A stretch of DNA of 32,068 bases, taken from the NCBI GenBank assembly GCA_964485025.1, contig CAZAGY010000001.1, forward strand, positions 1 through 32,068, given 5' to 3'. Origin of the DNA: an uncultured Gammaproteobacteria bacterium. GTDB taxonomy: Bacteria > Patescibacteriota > Patescibacteriia > UBA2591 > UBA6264. Shown here in pieces: positions 27,024-32,068 of this stretch. Both the position numbers and the translations under genes were made by a program. Numbering within the stretch: the first letter of the stretch is position 1; each line of letters starts with the position of its first letter. Below the pieces are notes generated by a model that worked only from the letters and a program-made list of their open reading frames with translations, made no database searches and was not told the origin of the DNA.

Positions 27024-28008
27024 TTAAAAATTGTTTAACCCTATTGTTCCAAGTATGAGACAGGGCTATTTTTTTACCTCTTTCCATTAATTCTAATCTT
27101 TTTTCAGGATTATTTATATAGAAATCAGTAAGTTTTTTTAAGTGTTCCGGTGATTCATATTGAGGAACCGCATCTCCAAATATTTTTTCAATACCAGGAT
27201 TTTTATCCGAGAGACAAAATCCACCGCTGGCTAAAATATCAAAAATTTTTACAGAAACAAATCCTTCTTCAGCCATATCTTGATGATGGTCATTTAAAGT
27301 TATTAAAGAAGAGCTATATAAATCATTAAGTCTTAGATAGTTAATGTATTCTCCGCCATAATATTTTTCCGGCAATATTTCTTTCCAACCTTTACCCCAT
27401 ATTTTTAAATTATAAGGTATTGGCAAAAGGTCGTGGATAATTTTTCTACCACCTTTTATGGGTCGAGTATTTCCGACAAAAGTAATATCATATTTTATAT
27501 TATTACTGTTTTTAATTGGTGTTTTGTTTGTTGCCCCAATCATCAATTCTACATCAAAACCCCATTTTTTAATTTTTTCAGCAAATAAAGACGATAAACA
27601 AAAAATCTTGTTATATTGTCTAAGCATAAATGGATTAATCCAATTAGGATGGCTATAAATCCAGGCGATATTAAAGGTGTTTTTAGGTAATTTGATCGGC
27701 GTTCCCAGTAAATGGATAATAATATTTGGATTTTTATCGCCAACAAAATAATCCAATCCTTTAAATTCTTTGGCTAGTTCGTATTTTACCCAATAATCCC
27801 CCCATTTGAGTTGTTCTTGTTTTGGTTTTTCATCCGAACAGGCTATTATGGTTATTCTTTTTTGAGTAGAATTAATTTTTATTTTTTCTTTTCGAAAAAG
27901 ATATTTTGGGTATTGAAATGATTGTATTTTAGCTAAAATAAACGAAGAAATAGATAAATTATTTTTAAATATAGTTTTTTTTAGATATTTAACAAATTTT
28001 TCTTTCAT
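26992..28008 (-). CDS. CgeB-like glycosyltransferase (second paralogue)
   Basis: The C-terminus VPQYESPEHLKKLTDFYINNPEKRLELMERGKKIALSHTWNNRVKQF has the same family tail as the neighbouring gene. Confidence 0.6.
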   Translation of the reverse strand: MKEKFVKYLKKTIFKNNLSISSFILAKIQSFQYPKYLFRKEKIKINSTQKRITIIACSDEKPKQEQLKWGDYWVKYELAKEFKGLDYFVGDKNPNIIIHLLGTPIKLPKNTFNIAWIYSHPNWINPFMLRQYNKIFCLSSLFAEKIKKWGFDVELMIGATNKTPIKNSNNIKYDITFVGNTRPIKGGRKIIHDLLPIPYNLKIWGKGWKEILPEKYYGGEYINYLRLNDLYSSSLITLNDHHQDMAEEGFVSVKIFDILASGGFCLSDKNPGIEKIFGDAVPQYESPEHLKKLTDFYINNPEKRLELMERGKKIALSHTWNNRVKQFLNATKKQNNTN

Positions 28009-28019
28009 CTCAAGTTTTA

Positions 28020-29513
28020 TTATTTTGTTTTTAATAATTTGAAGATAAAATTTAAATCTTTAAATGTCGAATAATTAGTCCATTTATGAAATAAAAATAT
28101 GCACCCCAAAAAAGTTATTATACCGAAAAAAACAGAAACAAAAAATCCGATTAATTGAAATTGGTTTAAAAACTTTCCGAGAATGAATATGATCACCGAC
28201 ATTGCAAATGTAGCAAAAAATGGAGGCAGGAACACTTTTGTATAGTCATTTATTTTTAAGTCACTCAATTTGGCGATTTCAAATAGAAACATAGGTAAAC
28301 AAGCACAAATAGCCAGAAGCACGGCTAATGAAGTTCCTGTTATTTTCCACATCATAGTTAAAGGGTAAATTGTAATTGCTAAGGTAAGTACCCTAATGAG
28401 GTTTATTTTAAAATCAATGTCTGGTCTTCCTTTAGCGCTAAATAATGCGCCACTTGTGCCGATTATTTCTCTAATTAATGACGAAATGGCCAATATTCTT
28501 AAAGCTGGAACTATTGGCATCCATTTGTTTCCTAAAAATATTTGAGTGAGTTGTGGAGCTAATAAAAATATTCCACCAGCAAGTGGTATGGTTAAAAAAG
28601 CAAAAAGTCTTATCATTTTTAGATAAGCATTTTTTAATTTTGGGAGGTCGTCTTGCAGTTTAGAATAAATAGGAAAAGCTATTCTTGATAAAATACCGAT
28701 TTCTGAGGACGGTAAATTAGCTAGACGAAAAGCCATTTGATAAAAACCCAGAGCAACGACGCCTAAAATTTTACTGACAAATAAATCATCGCCTTGGGTG
28801 GCAAGAAAAACAACAATACTTGAACCAAAAACCCATTTTCCAAAATTAAACAAATTTTTTGCCTTTTTAAATTCCAGATAGAAATGTGGTCTATATGGAT
28901 GGATAAAATAACTTACAACAAGTCTAACAAAATTCCCAGCTAACAATCCAAATACAAGTGCCCAAACATTTTTAAATATTAAAGCAACGGAAATCGCTAC
29001 AATAAAGTCTGCTAACGTGCCACTCAGTTGATAAATAAATTCTTTGTTGAATTCTAGTTCTTTCCGAAAGTAAATTACGCCGATATTAGTAAAAGCTCCT
29101 AATAATATTGAAAATCCAATGAGTTGAATTATCAGTTTTGCTTGTGGTGCTTTAAAAAAGACTGCGGCATAGGGACCGATGAAGTACAAAATTACAAATA
29201 GAATAAATCCACGGATGATTGCTATTGTCCAGGCAGTATTAAGATAAGATTCAGTATCATCCTTTTTTTGAATTAGAGCAGAATCAAATCCAGTTTGAGA
29301 AAAAGTTTCTAATACAGACATCGTTAATAAAGCGATTCCCATTAAACCAAAATCGTATGGAGCGAGAACACGTGCTAAAATTACCAATCTAATAAAGCTA
29401 AAAATTCGTTCAACTATTTTTGACGCAATTAACCAAATTCCGCTTTTAATTGAGCGTTGAGAAAGATTTTCTCCCGGCCTTATTAAGTTATCTAAGAATT
29501 TTTTAAAGATCAT
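28020..29513 (-). CDS. wzx: Wzx-type oligosaccharide flippase (MOP/PST family)
   Basis: It has about 12-14 TM helices. The N-terminus ...KSGIWLIASKIVERIFSFIRLVILARVLAPYDFGLMGIALL is typical of polysaccharide biosynthesis (Polysacc_synt) flippases. Confidence 0.85.
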   Translation of the reverse strand: MIFKKFLDNLIRPGENLSQRSIKSGIWLIASKIVERIFSFIRLVILARVLAPYDFGLMGIALLTMSVLETFSQTGFDSALIQKKDDTESYLNTAWTIAIIRGFILFVILYFIGPYAAVFFKAPQAKLIIQLIGFSILLGAFTNIGVIYFRKELEFNKEFIYQLSGTLADFIVAISVALIFKNVWALVFGLLAGNFVRLVVSYFIHPYRPHFYLEFKKAKNLFNFGKWVFGSSIVVFLATQGDDLFVSKILGVVALGFYQMAFRLANLPSSEIGILSRIAFPIYSKLQDDLPKLKNAYLKMIRLFAFLTIPLAGGIFLLAPQLTQIFLGNKWMPIVPALRILAISSLIREIIGTSGALFSAKGRPDIDFKINLIRVLTLAITIYPLTMMWKITGTSLAVLLAICACLPMFLFEIAKLSDLKINDYTKVFLPPFFATFAMSVIIFILGKFLNQFQLIGFFVSVFFGIITFLGCIFLFHKWTNYSTFKDLNFIFKLLKTK

Positions 29514-29714
29514 TTCACTAAATTTTTATAGCAGATATTATTTTTTAAATTTAATTTTAATTTTTTATTTTTATCATCTTGATTTTATTTCACTGAGTAT
29601 GATCTCGCAAACGTATCCTCTAAATATAGAAACGCTACAAACGGAATATACGAATGTTACGAATCAAATATATGAATGACACAAATTACGAATAATGTGT
29701 AGTAAATTTTATTT

Positions 29715-29782
29715 ATAAAACTTTTTGATTTTTTGAATGATATAATTTTATTTTTTTTCAGCGAGTTCGGGATAAATCGGCA
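29715..29782 (-). pseudogene. Remnant A of a DegT-aminotransferase 3' end (in-frame stop)
   Basis: A 68-nt ungapped match to 31906-31973 has about 6 mismatches. The minus strand reads LPIYPELAEKK*NYIIQKIKKFYK*, versus LPIYPELTEKEQNYIIQKIKEFYH in the intact gene end. Confidence 0.75.
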
Positions 29783-29903
29783 GGAAGAAATGAAACCAGC
29801 ACCGATAATAGAGTAGTTCATAAATTTGATTTTTAATTTTTTGTTTTATTTTGTTTTAGATTTTTGAATTATTGGAAAGAGTTAGTTGTTTTGAGGTTGG
29901 GTG

Positions 29904-29931
29904 TGGACAATTTTTATAATTCCATTATAAC
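29904..29931 (+). promoter_or_regulatory. Possible promoter for the nuclease gene
   Basis: TGGACA (29904-29909), a 16-nt spacer and TATAAC (29926-29931) lie about 40 nt upstream of the ATG at 29971. This is weak evidence in AT-rich DNA. Confidence 0.25.
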
Positions 29932-29970
29932 AAAAGTATAAATATAAACAGAAAGTTCTAAATAATTTAT

Positions 29971-30813
29971 ATGATAAAATTTAATATAGGAATAGGAAAA
30001 TTGAGCCGGCGCGACATAAGAGATTTGATTTTGGGCGGGATTATTATCGTTGCCGGAATACTTGGTGTGGTTACTTTATTTAACGGGACTGAAGGATTAA
30101 GAAAGTTTTTAAGCGGAATACTTGTTATTTTAATGACCATATTAATAGCTAGTGGGATAATTTCTTCGGAAATGAATTCCAATGCGATTTCTGAATCAGA
30201 AGCTAATTTAGTATCAGTTGTCAGAGTAATTGACGGCGACACAATAGTTGTAGATGGAGACGTTCATGTTCGTCTCTTAGGGATTGATGCTCCTGAAGCA
30301 GGGGATTGTTTCTATGAAGAATCTAAAGACGCTCTTGTAAATCTTGTTGACGGAGAAGAGGTTCGCTTGGAGAAAGATATTTCCGATAAGGACAATTTCG
30401 GGCGTTTGCTCAGATACGTGTTTTTGGAAAATAATTTATTTGTTAACGATTCTCTTTTAGAAGAAGGGTATGCGGATGTTTTGCCTTCTGGTCAAGATTT
30501 ACTATATAGGAGACTTTTAACCTCCAGTCGCAATCAGGCGATTACACAACGCCAAGGCATGTGGGGGGCCTGTGAAAATCAGGAAGAAGAGGCGGAAACC
30601 ATTTTTCCTTTGGAAAAAAATGATGTTCCAACCGATTCGGAATGTCTTATTAAGGGTAATATCTCAGAACACGGATACGGCCGAACTTATTTTTCTCCCG
30701 GCGACCCCAATTATGACACGGTAAAAGTGTCTTTTGACAAAGGGGAACAGTTTTTTTGCACAGAGCAGGAAGCCGAAGCGGCAGGCTACAAAAAGGCGGC
30801 AACTTCTTATTAG
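29971..30813 (+). CDS. Membrane-anchored thermonuclease (SNase-fold) with a Cys-containing C-terminal module
   Basis: Two N-terminal TM segments precede the SNase core VVRVIDGDTIVVDGDVHVRLLGIDAPEAGDCFYEESKDAL...GRLLRYVF...EGYA. The C-terminal motif is CLIKGNISEHGYGRTYFSPGDPNYDTVKVSFDKGEQFFCTEQEAEAAGYKKA. Confidence 0.85.
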   Translation: MIKFNIGIGKLSRRDIRDLILGGIIIVAGILGVVTLFNGTEGLRKFLSGILVILMTILIASGIISSEMNSNAISESEANLVSVVRVIDGDTIVVDGDVHVRLLGIDAPEAGDCFYEESKDALVNLVDGEEVRLEKDISDKDNFGRLLRYVFLENNLFVNDSLLEEGYADVLPSGQDLLYRRLLTSSRNQAITQRQGMWGACENQEEEAETIFPLEKNDVPTDSECLIKGNISEHGYGRTYFSPGDPNYDTVKVSFDKGEQFFCTEQEAEAAGYKKAATSY

Positions 30814-30856
30814 GATATTTTGTAAAAAGATCTGATTTTTTGAATGATATAATTAT
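30810..30856 (-). pseudogene. Remnant B of a DegT-aminotransferase 3' end (short)
   Basis: The minus strand reads NYIIQKIRSFYKIS*. The core tgattttttgaatgatataatt differs at 1 position from 31917-31938 of the intact gene. Its stop overlaps the nuclease stop codon. Confidence 0.55.
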
Positions 30857-30884
30857 TTAGAAGATACTGGTAAAGAGATTAATT

Positions 30885-31826
30885 TTACCTCTTTCGTTTT
30901 CTGTCGCGAATATATCTTTCAATCGCTTCTTTAGTGGTTAACCAGTTTCTTTTTTCTTTATGCGCTTCCAATTTCCCTTGCCGAACCAAAAGATTAAGAT
31001 ATTTCGCCGAATAAGGACAAAAATTGCTTGCTTCTTTTAAGGTAAGAATTTTTTCTCTTTTTTTGGAAATAGGAGTAAGGGTTTTTAAATAAATATCCAA
31101 AGAACGTTCTATTGCTTGCGCGATAAATCGGATAAAGGGGATTAAATTATTTTTATCAGCTTCGGCCAATACTCGGTAATATTTTTTTCTATCATTTTTT
31201 AATACAATAACCAATGGATACCCCGTTCGCATTAAAATTAAATTCATTATTAATCTTGCCGTTCTGCCGTTTCCATCAAAGAAGGGATGGATATAAGTTA
31301 ATTTATGATGAATTATAACGGCTAATTCGATTAGGTGCGATTTCTTTTGATTTTGCCTCCACCATTTTATTAGTTTTCCCATTTCGTATGGAACATCAAT
31401 GGCCTCCGGCGGTTTATGCTCCGCGCCGCCAATAATCACGCCACTGTTTCTATATCTTCCCGCCCATTCTTTGTCAGTCTCCTGAATGATTAATTGATGT
31501 AAACCGCGAATCAGCTGTTCGGAAATGGTCTGTTTTTTGTCTTTTTCTATTAAGTCAGATAAGTATTCCAATGCTTCATAATGATTTTTCGCTTCAAGGT
31601 GGTCTTTAAGAGGTTTTCCTTTTATGGTGATTCCTTCGTTAATTACCAAAAATGTTTCTTTTAAAGTTAGGCTATTCCCTTCAATCCCATTTGAGTTGTA
31701 AGTCATTTCTATCCTAAATTGTTCCCTAAGTTTTTTAACGGCCGAAGGTGGTAAGGGCCTAAGTTTATTCAGGGCTTTTAATTTATTTTCAATTCTGTCT
31801 TTTATTTTTTTTTCCAAATATTGCAT
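30885..31826 (-). CDS. Fic-family protein (class II, self-inhibited AMPylase type) with C-terminal excisionase/MerR-like HTH
   Basis: The Fic motif HPFFDGNGRTARL (HxFx[DE]GNGRxxR) is present. The N-terminal inhibitory motif SNGIEG fits [ST]xxxE[GN]. The C-terminus is LTLKEASNFCPYSAKYLNLLVRQGKLEAHKEKRNWLTTKEAIERYI (HTH_17-like). Confidence 0.9.
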   Translation of the reverse strand: MQYLEKKIKDRIENKLKALNKLRPLPPSAVKKLREQFRIEMTYNSNGIEGNSLTLKETFLVINEGITIKGKPLKDHLEAKNHYEALEYLSDLIEKDKKQTISEQLIRGLHQLIIQETDKEWAGRYRNSGVIIGGAEHKPPEAIDVPYEMGKLIKWWRQNQKKSHLIELAVIIHHKLTYIHPFFDGNGRTARLIMNLILMRTGYPLVIVLKNDRKKYYRVLAEADKNNLIPFIRFIAQAIERSLDIYLKTLTPISKKREKILTLKEASNFCPYSAKYLNLLVRQGKLEAHKEKRNWLTTKEAIERYIRDRKRKR

Positions 31827-31875
31827 AGAAAATAAGGGTTAATATGGTTTATCTATATTTTTATAATATACCATA

Positions 31876-32067
31876 TTAAGAAATGTTATCAAGTTTTTGG
31901 ACGTGATAAAACTCTTTGATTTTCTGAATGATATAATTTTGTTCTTTTTCAGTGAGTTCAGGATAAATCGGCAAAGAAAGGACTTCTCGGCAGGCTTTTT
32001 CCGTTTCCGGCAAAGAGCCTTTTTTATATTTCAAATATTTAAAGGCGGGCTGGAGATGAAGAGGATA
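31876..32067 (-). CDS. DegT/DnrJ/EryC1/StrS-family aminotransferase, 3' end only (gene continues beyond the window)
   Basis: The minus-strand frame is open from the window edge: YPLHLQPAFKYLKYKKGSLPETEKACREVLSLPIYPELTEKEQNYIIQKIKEFYHVQKLDNIS*. This is the canonical DegT C-terminus (PLHLQPAF...P.aE......LSLPiyPeLt.e). It is absent from the ORF track because it has no Met and is truncated. Confidence 0.85.
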   Translation of the reverse strand, partial: YPLHLQPAFKYLKYKKGSLPETEKACREVLSLPIYPELTEKEQNYIIQKIKEFYHVQKLDNIS

Positions 32068-32068
32068 C

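Noticed and set aside
530-30242. About 30 track ORFs of 60-157 aa lie antisense to, or out of frame within, long recognisable genes. Examples: 530..724, 1355..1711, 2084..2275, 2597..2782, 2870..3148, 3490..3804, 3520..3816, 4419..4733, 4933..5244, 5052..5267, 5277..5537, 7324..7659, 7602..7832, 8041..8481, 8920..9177, 9086..9541, 9821..10108, 10277..10549, 13001..13474, 14481..14663, 14812..15003, 16287..16565, 17608..17805, 21504..21695, 22265..22489, 25316..25516, 26346..26633, 27458..27658, 27549..27746, 29967..30242.
   Set aside because: Each is fully overlapped by a gene with strong family motifs on the other strand or frame. Their translations are low-complexity or Ser/Phe/Ile-rich, typical of shadow ORFs in AT-rich DNA, and none shows a recognisable motif.
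1-32068. A search by eye for tRNA/rRNA genes, CRISPR arrays, IS elements, integrases and prophage genes.
   Set aside because: No T-loop/anticodon-arm-like GC-rich 70-90 nt segments, no spaced repeat arrays and no transposase or integrase-like ORFs were seen. Their absence is itself relevant to the cassette-capture interpretation, but it needs confirmation with tRNAscan, Infernal and ISfinder-type searches.

Overview
This is an AT-rich bacterial window using the standard genetic code: TGA, TAA and TAG all end full-length, recognisable genes. Gene content and style suggest a small-genome uncultivated lineage such as Patescibacteria/CPR, but that is inference only. Bases 1-5.4 kb hold a plus-strand housekeeping block: the rpoC 3' part, ftsK, a RodZ-like HTH membrane protein and recA. 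Bases 7.7-29.5 kb, continuing past 31.9 kb, hold a long minus-strand Wzx/Wzy-dependent surface-glycan cluster. It encodes a Wzz-like co-polymerase, a CapD/PglF-type dehydratase, three DegT-type aminotransferases, a WecA/MraY-family initiating transferase, GT2, GT4 and CgeB-like glycosyltransferases, an AsnB-like amidotransferase, a GNAT, two methyltransferases, Wzy and Wzx. Small accessory cassettes interrupt this backbone: a canonical AbiEi/AbiEii pair, a second divergent wHTH plus minimal nucleotidyltransferase pair, a membrane-anchored SNase-type nuclease and a class-II Fic protein with a C-terminal HTH. The most striking pattern is that every accessory cassette, and the asnB-like gene, is bracketed by an intact core-gene terminus on one side and a diverged, truncated copy of that same terminus on the far side. 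The termini involved are the recA 3' end, the capD 5' end, the GT2 5' end and the DegT 3' end (twice, nested). No integrase, transposase, IS ends or tRNA is visible. This looks like repeated cassette capture anchored in conserved genes, not classical mobile-element insertion. Other notable features are a perfect 4.5 x 21-nt in-frame heptad repeat in a small coiled-coil ORF driven by a consensus promoter, and G3N5 x4 (G-quadruplex-type) tracts on the coding strand at the 3' ends of wzz and capD. No rRNA, tRNA or CRISPR array was found.
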